DNA of 64,000 nucleotides from Deltaproteobacteria bacterium (GTDB taxonomy: Bacteria > JAGRBM01 > JAHCIT01), in the NCBI GenBank assembly GCA_026129095.1, contig JAHCIT010000013.1, positions 1 through 64,000 on the forward strand, in the 5' to 3' direction. Positions 27,167 through 41,190 of the stretch are shown here, piece by piece. The position numbers were made by a program, and so were the translations under genes. The notes below the pieces were generated by a model. It searched no databases and was not told the origin of the DNA. It saw only the letters and a list, made by a program, of their open reading frames with translations. Position 1 is the stretch's first letter. Each line of letters starts with the position of its first letter.

Positions 27167-29464
27167 ATGGCGGCACCCGGACCGGTTGTGATCGACCCCA
27201 AGGAAAAAAAGAAGCTCACCGGACTTGCCCGCAAGGCAGCCCGGAGAGGAGAGCACCGTGAGGCCGGCGAGTTATACGTTCGGGCCGGTGAACTGAAAGA
27301 AGCCGTGCGGTGCTATCTCGCTGCCAGCGACATATCGGAGGCGTCGGTTCTGCTGGCCCGTGCCGGTGATCCGATCGGTGCCGCAAAACTGAGGGAAAAC
27401 CTTGAAGAGTGGTCCTTTGCTGGCGATCTGTACCGTCACGGCAAGGCATGGGATGACGCCGCCCGCTGCTTTGACCGCGCCCACAAGCCCGCCGAGCAGG
27501 CACGGGTCTACATCGCAGCCGGCCAGTCCGTAAAAGCGGCCCAGCTTCTGGAGAAACTGGGGCTCAGCCGGATGGCGGCTTGGACCTATGCCGAGGCCGG
27601 AGAGCCGGAACGTGCTGCGGCTGCCTTCAGGTCAGCGTACGAGGCTGAAGTGGAGCGTTTTCACACCGATTCCGCCGTTCAGCGGTCAGTGCCCGTGATA
27701 GGGCTGGCACGCATGTCTGGCAGGATGCTGGCGGCGGCGGGGAAACTAGAAGACGGCGTGGCATTCCTGGAATCGGCCGGCCTGTATTCGGACGCCGCCG
27801 AAATCCTCAAGCTGGGTGGGCAGGTCTCCCGGGCGGCGGACTACCTGGTTCGTAGCGGACGGCTTCTGGAAGCGGCTGCCATGCTTGACGAATCGGGCGA
27901 GAAGGCGCGGGCAGATGAGCTTCGCGGTGATCTGGCTCTCAGCAAGGGACAGAAGCGTGAAGCGATCCGGTATTATGAGCGGGCTGGCCAGTTCGAGCGG
28001 GCCGGGCAACTTTACGAGGAGTCCGACGATCCGGCCAGCGCGGCACGGATGTACGAGATGGGCGGCCAGTTCGACCGTGCGGCTGATCTCCACCGGCAAA
28101 GCGGCGATTCCCTGCGGGCGGCGCAAGCATTTGAAAAGGCCAAGGCATGGGAGGCGGCTGCCGAAGAGTATGTAAAGGCCAAGGAACTCACCCGGGCGAC
28201 CCAGATGCTCGAACAGGCCGGCAGGAAATTCCAGGCAGCCGATCTGTATATCCGCCGGGGGCGGCTGGAAGAGGCGATCCGGTTGCTGCAGGAGCTTGAG
28301 TCCGACGACACCAACTATCGGCAGGGAAAGTCGATGCTTGGGGACATATTCCGCGAAAAAGGAATGTTCTCGCTGGCGATCAAGAGTTACCAGCTGGCCG
28401 TCGGTAACGATGAAGTGACCGCATCCAATATCGAGGCATTCTACCAGATGGCCGCCTGCCATGAACGGGAAGGGAACCTCACGGCGGCAGCGGCACTGTT
28501 CGAGCGGATACTGGTTCGGGATTACCTGTACAAGGACACTCAATCCCGGCTGCAGAGCCTCAAACGCCAGATCGGGGAGGGGTCATCCGGCCGTACAACT
28601 ACCGGTGGCCGTGGCCGCGATGCCTATGCCGAGACGATGTTCGGTGCTCCGGCAGCGCCACCGAAGCCCAAGCGCTACCGGGTGGAATCGGAACTGGGCC
28701 GTGGTGGCATGGGTATCGTCTACAAGGCCCATGACACCCTGCTGGACCGGGAAACTGCCCTCAAGGTGTTGCCGCCGCATTTCAAGGCGCATCCGCAGGC
28801 TCTGGAAGCATTTTTCCGGGAAGCCAAGGCGGCCGCCGCCATGAACCACCCGAATATCGTCACGATCTATGACATGGGCGAGGATGCAGGCGACAACTAC
28901 ATCGCCATGGAGTTCGTTGACGGGCAGACACTCCGCGAAGTCCTGAACCAGCAGAAGCTTTTCCCGGTGAAGGCGGCCCTGCTGGTGGCCGGACAGATCT
29001 GCCGGGCACTGGAATATGCCCACGGCCGCCGGGTCATCCACCGGGATATCAAGCCGGCCAATATCATGTGGACGAAGGACAAGCAGGTGAAGATCATGGA
29101 CTTCGGGCTCGCCAAGGTGGTGAGTGAAGTCCAGGCGCAGCAGACGATCGTCGCCGGAACACCCTACTATATGAGCCCTGAACAGACGCTTGGTGAAGGG
29201 GTAGACTACCGGACGGATATCTATTCGACCGGAGTCACGCTGTTCGAACTGCTCACCGGCCGCGTACCGTTCAAGGATGGCGACGTGGCCTATCACCACA
29301 TGCACACACCGCCGCCGGCTGCTTCGTCATTCAACCCGAAAGTTTCTCCGGCCCTGGATGCGGTGATTCAGAAGGCGATGTCGAAGAACAAGGAGGAACG
29401 TCATCAGGGCGCACGCGCCCTGTTCGACGATCTGAAAAGTCTGGTGGACAAGGGACTGGTGTAG
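27167..29464 (+). CDS. Hanks-type Ser/Thr protein kinase with N-terminal helical repeat solenoid
   Basis: LGRGGMG.VY, ALK, HPNIV, HRDIKPAN, DFG, GTPYYMSPE and DIYS.G; N-terminal 13-aa repeats plus TPR. Confidence 0.93.
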   Translation: MAAPGPVVIDPKEKKKLTGLARKAARRGEHREAGELYVRAGELKEAVRCYLAASDISEASVLLARAGDPIGAAKLRENLEEWSFAGDLYRHGKAWDDAARCFDRAHKPAEQARVYIAAGQSVKAAQLLEKLGLSRMAAWTYAEAGEPERAAAAFRSAYEAEVERFHTDSAVQRSVPVIGLARMSGRMLAAAGKLEDGVAFLESAGLYSDAAEILKLGGQVSRAADYLVRSGRLLEAAAMLDESGEKARADELRGDLALSKGQKREAIRYYERAGQFERAGQLYEESDDPASAARMYEMGGQFDRAADLHRQSGDSLRAAQAFEKAKAWEAAAEEYVKAKELTRATQMLEQAGRKFQAADLYIRRGRLEEAIRLLQELESDDTNYRQGKSMLGDIFREKGMFSLAIKSYQLAVGNDEVTASNIEAFYQMAACHEREGNLTAAAALFERILVRDYLYKDTQSRLQSLKRQIGEGSSGRTTTGGRGRDAYAETMFGAPAAPPKPKRYRVESELGRGGMGIVYKAHDTLLDRETALKVLPPHFKAHPQALEAFFREAKAAAAMNHPNIVTIYDMGEDAGDNYIAMEFVDGQTLREVLNQQKLFPVKAALLVAGQICRALEYAHGRRVIHRDIKPANIMWTKDKQVKIMDFGLAKVVSEVQAQQTIVAGTPYYMSPEQTLGEGVDYRTDIYSTGVTLFELLTGRVPFKDGDVAYHHMHTPPPAASSFNPKVSPALDAVIQKAMSKNKEERHQGARALFDDLKSLVDKGLV

Positions 29465-29470
29465 ACCGGC

Positions 29471-32158
29471 CTACACCTTGAAGTTCTGGACAGTTGTCGA
29501 CAGTGTCTGGGCCTCGGCGGCCAGCAGCCTGATCGCCTCATTCAGTTCCAGCACCCGGTCCAGGTTGTTCCGGCTCGATTCGCTGATCGAGGTCGCGGCC
29601 CAGCTTATTTCCTTGGCCCCTGCGCCCTGCTCGCGGGCAGCGCGGTCGATGCTCTCCACAAGGCCCGCGATCCGCTGGATCCGCTCGGAGATCCGTTCCG
29701 TGAGCCGTTTCTGCTCCAGCACGGTACCGCGCACCTCGTTGGCGGTCGCCTGCATCGCCTCTGATGCCTTGGTGATCTGGTCCGCGCCGCGCTTCTGTTC
29801 GTCCGTGGCCCGGGCGATGCTGTCCACCATCTCTACGGTGCGGCTGATGGAACGGGTAATATCCGCCGCACTCTGCGACTGTTCTCCGGTGGCCTGCGCG
29901 ATCCGTTTGACACGCTCGGTGATCTCGACGGTGGAGTACTGGATCTGTTCAAGTGCGGCGCGGACTTCGGCCGAGACGGTGACGCCGTGCTCTATCTGCT
30001 GGTCGCCTTCCAGAACGAGCTGGACCGCACTGGCCGCTTCCTTGAGGATTGCCTGAATGCGCTCGCCGATATCGCGGGCGCTCCGCTGGGTGCGCCCGGC
30101 AAGCTGCTTGATCTGGCCGGCGACGACCGAGAACCCGGCTCCTTCCTCGCCTGCCTGGGCAGCGATGATGGCCGCATTGAGCGACAGCAGGTTCGTTTTG
30201 GTGGCAACGTCCTGGATGACCTGAACGATCTCCCGGATTTCGCTCAGGCTCTGGCTGAGCTGCTGCATGGTAGTGGTGGCCTGAAGCGAAGTATCACGGA
30301 TGGCCTCCATTGTCTGAAGGTTTTCCTGCACGGCACGGGCACCGAGTTCGGCATCGTGGAGCACCCGGGAAGCAGTATCGACCGAGTCATTGGCGAGATC
30401 ACGCACGCTGACAATCGACTGCTCCATTTCCCGGATACTGGAGGCAGTATCGTTCGCGGTCATCGACAGGGTATCGATATTGTCCACGACCGAACGGATG
30501 GATGCGGCCACCTCGAAAATCGACGAATTGGTTTCCTCGATTCGTGCCGACAGGGAGTCCACCGATTTCTCCACTGCGGCACTCCCTTGGGAAACCTCCC
30601 GGACTTCATCGATGGCAGTACGCGCCTCTTCTGAAAGTCCGCCAACCGTGCGGGAAACCTCATTCAAGCTCCGGCCGATCTGCTCAATGGAAACCGACGC
30701 CACATCAACGGCCTTGACCTGGGCCTCGGTGGAGTGATGCACCTCGCCGGAAGAACGGCTGACCCTGCTGGAAATCTCGCCAAGCTGCGCGCTCGACTGG
30801 CTGATGCGGCCGACGAGCGAGCGAAGTCCGTCGCGCATGAGCTGCACTGCCCGGCTCACGCGGCCCACCTCGTTGTATGCCGCCACATTTACCGGTTTTG
30901 ACAGGTCACCCTCGGCGATACCCGCCAGTGATGAGAGAAGCCGCATGAGCGGCTGTGTGATCCCTTCGGCCGAAAAGACGGCGATCCGCCACAGGAGAAC
31001 TCCGGTTGTGAGGAACAGGGCGGCCACCAGGAACACGGTGGTCAGATCCTGCTGGATATCCCGCCGCGGGAATACCATGGCCACTGCTCCGCCGCCCGTC
31101 AGCGGAATCCAGACCCAAAGGTCCAGCTTTCGGCTCAGCATCCGGCGGTAGCTGACGTCCTGCCGCGTTGTGGAGTCAGCCTGCAAGGCATCCATCACGT
31201 CTATCTCTGCCGTGCGGAGGGTGTCTTTGCGGGTCAGCCCGGCGTCGGCGATCCAGCGCAGTTCCGTTTCCGTGAGCGGCGTCTGCGCAAGCTGGCGTTC
31301 CAGGCTCTGGCTTTCGCCGACGAGACTCCCGTTCCGGTCAAGCCACAGGGCGGCGCCGTTGGGCGAGGGTTTGAAGACCGCCATCTGGGTATCCATGATC
31401 TGCACGATTTCATCGACTCCGGCGGGATCCTCACCGGCGGCCTCCAGCTGCTGGTGCCAGGCGGCCAGCCGGTAGACGGCTAGCCGTTCCATGGTGAACC
31501 GCACAGTTTTCTCGCCTTGGGCGAACCCGAACAGGATTCCAAAGCCGCACAGGATCACCAGCAGCCAGGCTACAGGCCAGCCGATCAGCCACCGCATCTG
31601 GCGGATCCGTGGCCGGAAAACAGCGTCATCGAGCGGCAGGCCGCCCTTGATCCGGAAATACTGGAATGCTGGTTCGAGCTTGGCCTCGGCGAGCGCCCGC
31701 TGGTATATCGAAATCATGACGCCGACGGCGGTGGCGACGAAAACAATCATCGTTTTCTCGATCCAGCCGACAACGAACTCCTCCCGGAATCCGTAGATGG
31801 CGGCGCTCATCATGCCGCCCAGCGGCCAGACGCAGATGACCCAGATGGTCGAATGAATGACCATCCGGTTGAGACACTCGATGAACTTCCGGGCCTGCTC
31901 GGGAGTCAGGTCGTGGCTCTGGGCATCTTCATCGTTTTCATAGTCCAGGACCGGCTTGGTCCACTGTCTGGCCGTGAGGATATGCGCAGCCATCAGGCCC
32001 ACAAAAACCGCGAAAAACTGCGTGAGCGGTACCGGGTCAAAAATCAGGTCCGGGTTAAGTTCTGTCAGCGCCATCAGGATGCTGGCAGCCAGGCCAACGC
32101 CGATGACCGAATAGACGCCGTACCAAACGAACAGTTGCGTGAAAGCCCGCCGGATCAA
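29471..32158 (-). CDS. Methyl-accepting chemotaxis protein
   Basis: Multiple TM helices, HAMP (IAEGDLS..V...YNEVG) and signalling tip TNLLSLNAAIIAAQAGEEGAGFSVVA. Confidence 0.92.
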   Translation of the reverse strand: MIRRAFTQLFVWYGVYSVIGVGLAASILMALTELNPDLIFDPVPLTQFFAVFVGLMAAHILTARQWTKPVLDYENDEDAQSHDLTPEQARKFIECLNRMVIHSTIWVICVWPLGGMMSAAIYGFREEFVVGWIEKTMIVFVATAVGVMISIYQRALAEAKLEPAFQYFRIKGGLPLDDAVFRPRIRQMRWLIGWPVAWLLVILCGFGILFGFAQGEKTVRFTMERLAVYRLAAWHQQLEAAGEDPAGVDEIVQIMDTQMAVFKPSPNGAALWLDRNGSLVGESQSLERQLAQTPLTETELRWIADAGLTRKDTLRTAEIDVMDALQADSTTRQDVSYRRMLSRKLDLWVWIPLTGGGAVAMVFPRRDIQQDLTTVFLVAALFLTTGVLLWRIAVFSAEGITQPLMRLLSSLAGIAEGDLSKPVNVAAYNEVGRVSRAVQLMRDGLRSLVGRISQSSAQLGEISSRVSRSSGEVHHSTEAQVKAVDVASVSIEQIGRSLNEVSRTVGGLSEEARTAIDEVREVSQGSAAVEKSVDSLSARIEETNSSIFEVAASIRSVVDNIDTLSMTANDTASSIREMEQSIVSVRDLANDSVDTASRVLHDAELGARAVQENLQTMEAIRDTSLQATTTMQQLSQSLSEIREIVQVIQDVATKTNLLSLNAAIIAAQAGEEGAGFSVVAGQIKQLAGRTQRSARDIGERIQAILKEAASAVQLVLEGDQQIEHGVTVSAEVRAALEQIQYSTVEITERVKRIAQATGEQSQSAADITRSISRTVEMVDSIARATDEQKRGADQITKASEAMQATANEVRGTVLEQKRLTERISERIQRIAGLVESIDRAAREQGAGAKEISWAATSISESSRNNLDRVLELNEAIRLLAAEAQTLSTTVQNFKV

Positions 32159-32245
32159 TTGGTGGTCCTTTTCACTGACCAGACGGAACGGGACAGGACG
32201 CCGGTTTTTTTGCTGCCCTTGATCGTTGTGCTAGCCAGTATGAAT

Positions 32246-32273
32246 ATCATAGCTGTTTCCAGCCGGGGGACAA
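32246..32273 (-). promoter_or_regulatory. Possible sigma-70 promoter of the MCP gene
   Basis: Minus strand TTGTCC-16 nt-TATGAT, about 90 nt upstream of the MCP start. Confidence 0.3.
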
Positions 32274-32292
32274 TCTGATCCGGCGATGGGTT

Positions 32293-33963
32293 TCAACCCT
32301 GTTTCCTGAGCCTGCCCGCCAGTCCTGTACCGGCAATCAGCAGCGAAATCAGCGTCAGCGGCCAGTCTCCGGCCGCCGTATAGAGACTCGGAATGTCCGC
32401 GGCGTAAACCTCACCAGACAGTATCCCTTCCGTGAATATGGGTAGCGGTGTTCCTGCATATCGCCCCAACGGATCAACGATGGCGCTGATGCCGGTTCCG
32501 GCATTGCGGACGAGATACTTCCGGTGCTCGATCGCCCGGAGCCGGCTCTGCTCCATATGCTGGGCCGCCGCCCGGGTTTCGCCGAACCAGGCATCGTTGG
32601 AGACATTAAGAATGACCTGTGCGCCCGAGCGTACGAGATTCCGGACCAGTGCGGGGTAGAGCGCCTCGAAACAGATCACCGGTCCCAGGGTGAACCTTCC
32701 GATTCTGAACAGGGTGGCCTGTCCGCCCGGGGTGTAATCGTCGGGCACGGCTTCCGCACGGGGAAACAGCGGGTTTCCTGTCAATGGGTTGAACTCGGCG
32801 AACAGGAGAAGCTGGTTCTTGTCGTAACGGGCAGTAAAGCCGGTTCTAGGGTCCACCTGGAAAATCGAGTTGAAGTAACGGGGGCCGCCACCGGGTCCGC
32901 TGAAATCGGCGTGGGGACCGCCGAGGAGCAGATGCGCGCCTGACGAGAACGCGAGGGCATACAGGCGACGGCCCCATTCGTTGCCGCTGTCGGTGACATA
33001 GGTGTTCATCGCCGTTTCCGGCCAGATGATGACATCTGGCTTTGATTCGGACGCCGCCTGCTCGGAAAGTGCCAGATGGCGGTTCATGTTCTGCGGGACC
33101 AGTTCGGGTTGCCAGCGTTCACCCTGCCGGATGTTTGCCTGAATGGCGGCGATGCGGAGCGGAGTGCCGGTTCTGCGCGTTTCCTTCAGGGCGGCCTCGA
33201 CCCATAGCGAGCGAACTGCGCCATAGAGGAGCAGGACGGCGAGGACTCCTCCGGCCCAGCGAAGCGGAGGAGAATGGCGCAGGTAACCGGCTAGCGGGAC
33301 CGGGCGGGCGTGGAGATACCGCTCAACGGCCTCATAAAGGAACCCGCCGGTGAGGGCGGCGACGAATGAGTGGCCCCGTACACCGAACAGGTCAACTGAC
33401 TGGGCCAAAAGGTCCGAGCTGCCCAGTCCGGCACCGATGAGTCCCCACGGCATGCTGAGCGGGCCGGTCGTGCGGAAGATATCAGTCAGGAATGCCACCG
33501 ATCCCGCCAGGAGCGGCCGGACGATGTAGCGAGGAACGGATTTTGGCGATGGCGAAGGGCCTGTGGAGGCCCCTGCAAGCAGTCTCCAGAGAAACACCGG
33601 GAGTCCTTCGAAAAAACCATTGCCGACACCCACGATAAAGACCGTGAATCCAGCACTTGCCAGTACGCCCATACGGTAATGGTCGTGGACCGCGGTGTAG
33701 ACCCAGGACGCGGTCGCAAGTGCCGAGACGGTTCCATAAATGAGTGATGCGATGGCCGATTGGACAAGCCCAAGGCGACGGACGGCCAGCATCGGGAGCG
33801 CTGCTGCCGCCAGGGTTCCGGCCGGAAAATGCATGGGCGCCAGGCCGGCCGGGAGCAGCAGGCCGCCTGCGACTGGCAGCAGCAGAATGTACAGCCAGGG
33901 GCGCTGGACTGTATCCGGACGCGCCCCGGGGACGCCCTGATATTTTTCGCCGGAGTTCGCCAT
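32293..33963 (-). CDS. lnt: Apolipoprotein N-acyltransferase
   Basis: TM N-terminal half, [39 protein letters not shown] and GISAIVDP.G. Confidence 0.93.
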   Translation of the reverse strand: MANSGEKYQGVPGARPDTVQRPWLYILLLPVAGGLLLPAGLAPMHFPAGTLAAAALPMLAVRRLGLVQSAIASLIYGTVSALATASWVYTAVHDHYRMGVLASAGFTVFIVGVGNGFFEGLPVFLWRLLAGASTGPSPSPKSVPRYIVRPLLAGSVAFLTDIFRTTGPLSMPWGLIGAGLGSSDLLAQSVDLFGVRGHSFVAALTGGFLYEAVERYLHARPVPLAGYLRHSPPLRWAGGVLAVLLLYGAVRSLWVEAALKETRRTGTPLRIAAIQANIRQGERWQPELVPQNMNRHLALSEQAASESKPDVIIWPETAMNTYVTDSGNEWGRRLYALAFSSGAHLLLGGPHADFSGPGGGPRYFNSIFQVDPRTGFTARYDKNQLLLFAEFNPLTGNPLFPRAEAVPDDYTPGGQATLFRIGRFTLGPVICFEALYPALVRNLVRSGAQVILNVSNDAWFGETRAAAQHMEQSRLRAIEHRKYLVRNAGTGISAIVDPLGRYAGTPLPIFTEGILSGEVYAADIPSLYTAAGDWPLTLISLLIAGTGLAGRLRKQG

Positions 33964-34063
33964 TTCCAGAAGGGAGACGCTACCTTGCCCGCCGGTCTGT
34001 GAACAAGGAACCGCAATGTCTGCCCGTGCTTTCGGCGGCCCGGTTTCCTCACACCGGCAAGGA

Positions 34064-36118
<2,055 letters not shown>

Positions 36119-36211
36119 CCTGGCATTCCTCCCTGTTTAAGGGTTGACGCATCGGTCCGGATCGGTGAAAACCGATGGGACAAATTCACTGCGTGCGGAG
36201 GTATTGCAGGC

Positions 36212-36946
36212 ATGGATATCAGGACCGAATGGATCGAGATCGATGTGGGCGGGCAGAAGATGCGTTCTTATCTGGCGCAGCCCAAATCCGGCGGGCCATA
36301 TCCCGGTGTGATCGTCATACAGGAGATTTTCGGAGTTAACTCCCATATCCGCAGTGTCGCCGAGCGCGTTGCGGCCGAGGGATATGTGGCACTCGCTCCG
36401 GAGATGTTTCACCGCACTGCCCCCAAGCTGGAACTGGGATATGAGCAGGCCGATTTCGGAAAGGGCCTTGAGCTCATGGCCAAGGCAAAGCTGGATGAAA
36501 TTCGCGCTGATCTTGGTGCGGCCAAGACGTTCCTCGAAGGATATGCGGCCTCGAAGGAGAAGAAGACCGGCTGCATGGGATTCTGCTTCGGCGGTCATGT
36601 TACCTATATCGCAGCCTGTGACCTCGGGATTGATGCCGCCGCGAGTTTCTACGGCGGCGGTATTGCTGTTGGTTCGCCGGGTGGCGGCTCACCGACGTTC
36701 GAGCGGACGAAGAACATCAAGGGTGAAGTCCTGTGCCTGTTCGGCGCCAAGGATGCCTATATCCCCGCCGACCAGGTGAAGAAGATCGGAGACGCCCTGA
36801 AGGCTGCCGGCGTGAATCATGAGGTCAAGGTCTACGATGGTGCCGACCATGGCTTCTTCTGCGACCAGCGGGGCACCTATCAGGAGGCTGCGGCCAGGGA
36901 CGCGTGGGAGAAGGTCAAGGCACTTTTCCGGCGAGCATTGGCGTAA
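36212..36946 (+). CDS. Dienelactone hydrolase family protein
   Basis: QEIFGVN, GFCFGG nucleophile, FGAKD and GADHGF. Confidence 0.93.
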   Translation: MDIRTEWIEIDVGGQKMRSYLAQPKSGGPYPGVIVIQEIFGVNSHIRSVAERVAAEGYVALAPEMFHRTAPKLELGYEQADFGKGLELMAKAKLDEIRADLGAAKTFLEGYAASKEKKTGCMGFCFGGHVTYIAACDLGIDAAASFYGGGIAVGSPGGGSPTFERTKNIKGEVLCLFGAKDAYIPADQVKKIGDALKAAGVNHEVKVYDGADHGFFCDQRGTYQEAAARDAWEKVKALFRRALA

Positions 36947-36951
36947 ACGGT

Positions 36952-37236
36952 ATGGAAGTCATTCTCGCCACATTTGAAATCAAGCCGGACAAGACCGGTG
37001 AGTTCGAGGCCCTCGGCAGGGAACTGGTTGCCGCCACCCACAAGGAGCCCGGCTGCCTGCTGTACCGTCTCCACAAGAGCGGTGAACGGACATATATTTT
37101 CTACGAGGCTTATGTCGATGCCGATGCGGTGAAAGCCCATATGGCGGGCCCTGCTTTACGGGAACTGTTCCCGAAGGTGCAGGCGCTTCTTGCCTCACCG
37201 CCCAGGATCGAGCGGCCAGCGGTCATCGCCGGATAA
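36952..37236 (+). CDS. Antibiotic biosynthesis monooxygenase (ABM) family protein
   Basis: EPGCLLY.L, FYEAY...AVKAH; ATG 5 nt after the upstream stop. Confidence 0.85.
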   Translation: MEVILATFEIKPDKTGEFEALGRELVAATHKEPGCLLYRLHKSGERTYIFYEAYVDADAVKAHMAGPALRELFPKVQALLASPPRIERPAVIAG

Positions 37237-37242
37237 GGGTCG

Positions 37243-37992
37243 TTACACTTTCAGCACGTCCGGCAGCTCTTTCAGGGCCCGGATCGTTTGGTCCGGCTGG
37301 ACCTGTTCAGGTGCGAGTTCGAGGTTCTTCAGGTTGATCCAGATGGCACGGAGCCCGAGATCTTTCGGTCCCTTTACGTCGGCCAGATGCGTGTCGCCGA
37401 CCATGACAGCCTTTTCGTGCGGGACACCGGTTTCGCGCACAGCCAAGTCATACAGTTCCCGGCGGGGCTTGCAGAGTCCCAGCGCGTCCGAGATCACGAT
37501 GCTTTTGAAGCGGGCAGTCCAGCCAAATTTTTCCAGGATCGCGTGCCCCGCGCTCGTATGATCAAAGTTGGAGATGAGCGCCACCGGTACTTTCGCGGCA
37601 TAGGCCTCCAGCAGTTCGGTGGCGCGTTCGGCGGGCCGGGCGTGCCTGACGAGATATCCCATGTGCAGTTCGGTCATTTCACCGGCCAGTTCCGGACCGG
37701 CATTGATGCCGAGCCGGGCGAGCAGCCGCTCGTGCCGCGTGGTGGCCGCAATCTCCCGGTGCTCAGCGGCCTTTTCCTTCTGGATGTCCAGGTAAACGGC
37801 GATCAGCTCGTTCAGGAACCGGTCCAGAGGGATATCGTACCCTTTCCCGGCGAGAAAATCACGGAGCCGTCCGGCAGTGGAAGGACGTTCCTGGCCCGCA
37901 AACGTGACACGGGGGAAACCCTCGTAATCGATGTGGATCAGGGTATCGAACAGGTCGAAAAAGACCGCTTCACAGGAAATGGGGTCTGACAT
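37243..37992 (-). CDS. HAD-superfamily hydrolase
   Basis: FDLFDTL, ISN, KP and MVGD...DVKG. Confidence 0.88.
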   Translation of the reverse strand: MSDPISCEAVFFDLFDTLIHIDYEGFPRVTFAGQERPSTAGRLRDFLAGKGYDIPLDRFLNELIAVYLDIQKEKAAEHREIAATTRHERLLARLGINAGPELAGEMTELHMGYLVRHARPAERATELLEAYAAKVPVALISNFDHTSAGHAILEKFGWTARFKSIVISDALGLCKPRRELYDLAVRETGVPHEKAVMVGDTHLADVKGPKDLGLRAIWINLKNLELAPEQVQPDQTIRALKELPDVLKV

Positions 37993-38069
37993 CGGCGGCG
38001 AGTCTACACGACCCGGAGCACCGTGGGCAGTTGATTTGGTACGCCCGGCGAAGGAACCCTCTCTCCTGC

Positions 38070-38912
38070 ATGACAGCTGAGATCCCTGGCTACATTCACG
38101 GCTATTCGGACAGCGAGGAGACGCGGCTTATCGAGCAGGCCGGGTTGCTGGCGCCATTTGTGTTCGGCGGCCTGGACTATTCCGCAGGCGGGCCGCTGCT
38201 GGAACTGGGGTGTGCTGTGGGTGCGGAGCTGAAGCTGATGCACCGCAAGTGGCCCCGCCTTGAGCTATGGGGTGTGGACCGCGCTGCGGGGCACCTGGAG
38301 CGGGCCCGCCGCTATCTCGCGCCGGAAATTGCCGCCGGACAGGTCAATCTGGTGGAGGCTGACGCCGCCCGCCTGCCGTTCGGGGACGGCCGGTTTGGCC
38401 GCGTGGTGACGATCTGGCTTCTGGAGCATGTTCCGGAGCCGGGCAGGGTGATCGTCGAGGCGCTCCGGGTTCTGAAACCTGGCGGCGAGCTCGTATTGAC
38501 TGAAGTATCCAACGAATCCCTCAGATTCGATCCGCCGGTGCCAGAGATTGCCGCCTGGTGGGATGCGTTCAACCGTTACCAGCAGCAGGGAGGTGGCGAC
38601 CCGTTTATCGGCCCCAAACTGGAAGGGTTCGCAAAGGCCGCCGGTGCTGTTGATGTCCGTTCTGAAGCACTACGGATGATCGATACCCGGCGGGATCCCG
38701 GCGAACGCCGGAAATGGGCAGTCTATCTTCAAGCCCTCTTATTGTCGGCCGCACCGGGAATGATTGCCGCCGGGCTGGTGTCTGAAGCGGACGCTCGCCT
38801 GGTGCGGGCGGCCTTTACCCGGGTGTCCAGCGATAGTTCTGTATCGTTTAGATACGATGCAACCCGGTTAGCCTGCCGCCGGGCCTCAGATTTTCTGCAA
38901 ATAGCAAAGTAA
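38070..38912 (+). CDS. Class I SAM-dependent methyltransferase
   Basis: YIHG...E..RL..QA, LELGCAVG, ADAARLPF, LEHV and RVLKPGG. Confidence 0.88.
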   Translation: MTAEIPGYIHGYSDSEETRLIEQAGLLAPFVFGGLDYSAGGPLLELGCAVGAELKLMHRKWPRLELWGVDRAAGHLERARRYLAPEIAAGQVNLVEADAARLPFGDGRFGRVVTIWLLEHVPEPGRVIVEALRVLKPGGELVLTEVSNESLRFDPPVPEIAAWWDAFNRYQQQGGGDPFIGPKLEGFAKAAGAVDVRSEALRMIDTRRDPGERRKWAVYLQALLLSAAPGMIAAGLVSEADARLVRAAFTRVSSDSSVSFRYDATRLACRRASDFLQIAK

Positions 38913-38922
38913 TATCTAATAA

Positions 38923-38935
38923 TATCAATATGTTG
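38923..38935 (+). promoter_or_regulatory. IHF binding site
   Basis: TATCAATATGTTG is an exact match to WATCAANNNNTTR, with an AT-rich tract upstream. Confidence 0.65.
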
Positions 38936-38962
38936 ATCGCCTGACCCCTGATTGTGCCTTCA

Positions 38963-38978
38963 TGGCACAGTCCCTGCT
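38963..38978 (+). promoter_or_regulatory. Sigma-54 (-24/-12) promoter
   Basis: TGGCACAGTCCCTGCT: TGGCAC plus GG-N10-GC spacing, 27 nt downstream of the IHF site. Confidence 0.7.
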
Positions 38979-39133
38979 TTACTTGTATTCAGATGAGTAG
39001 AGACGGCACCAAAACGATTCATTATGATGCAAAACAGGAAAAACCGAAGCATAATAGTATCTATTTGAATCGTTTTGGCGGCTGAAATCGGCTCATCGCA
39101 GGTTACTAAAGACCACAGGGAGTCAAATTGGAC

Positions 39134-40645
<1,512 letters not shown>

Positions 40646-40660
<15 letters not shown>

Positions 40661-41128
40661 CCTGCCCGGCTGATGAGGGGCGTCTCTGAATGACGCCGCC
40701 AGCAACAGCCATAGAAAGACCGGCGGCAGGCAGAGCAGGGTGGTCATTACGCTCATGAAGGTGACTCGTCCGGGCGCCAGATGTGCTGCTTCCGGAACGG
40801 CGAATGAAGGATCGGCGGGATCGGCCAGAAGCGCGATCCCGTCGCCCGTCTGGGGTCTTGAGCCGTCAGGACTTACGATACGGGCGTCTCCCTGCCAGGT
40901 CTTGCCATCTGCTGCCCATTCGAAGCTGACATAGGTCGCCCGCTCACCCCGGACTTCCCGTTGCAGGGAGTGGACAACCGTACCCGTGATCCGGATTCCG
41001 CCCTGCTCGAAAATCCGCCCGGTTCGCAACTCCAGCCGGAGGCTCAGGGCCGCGATCACGGCCGGTATGCAGGCGATGAACGAAAACAGAACGAGAACGG
41101 TGCGCTGGCGGTGAAGTGGCACAAACAT
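40646..41128 (-). CDS. Hypothetical two-TM membrane protein (DUF3592-like)
   Basis: TM - G...TGTVV...GD.I.L..DP.DP - TM architecture. Confidence 0.5.
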
Positions 41129-41190
41129 GGCGTGGCGAGTGTAGCCCGGTTTCCCCTCCGGCGGCGGGTGATTTACGATCTCCCCGGATC

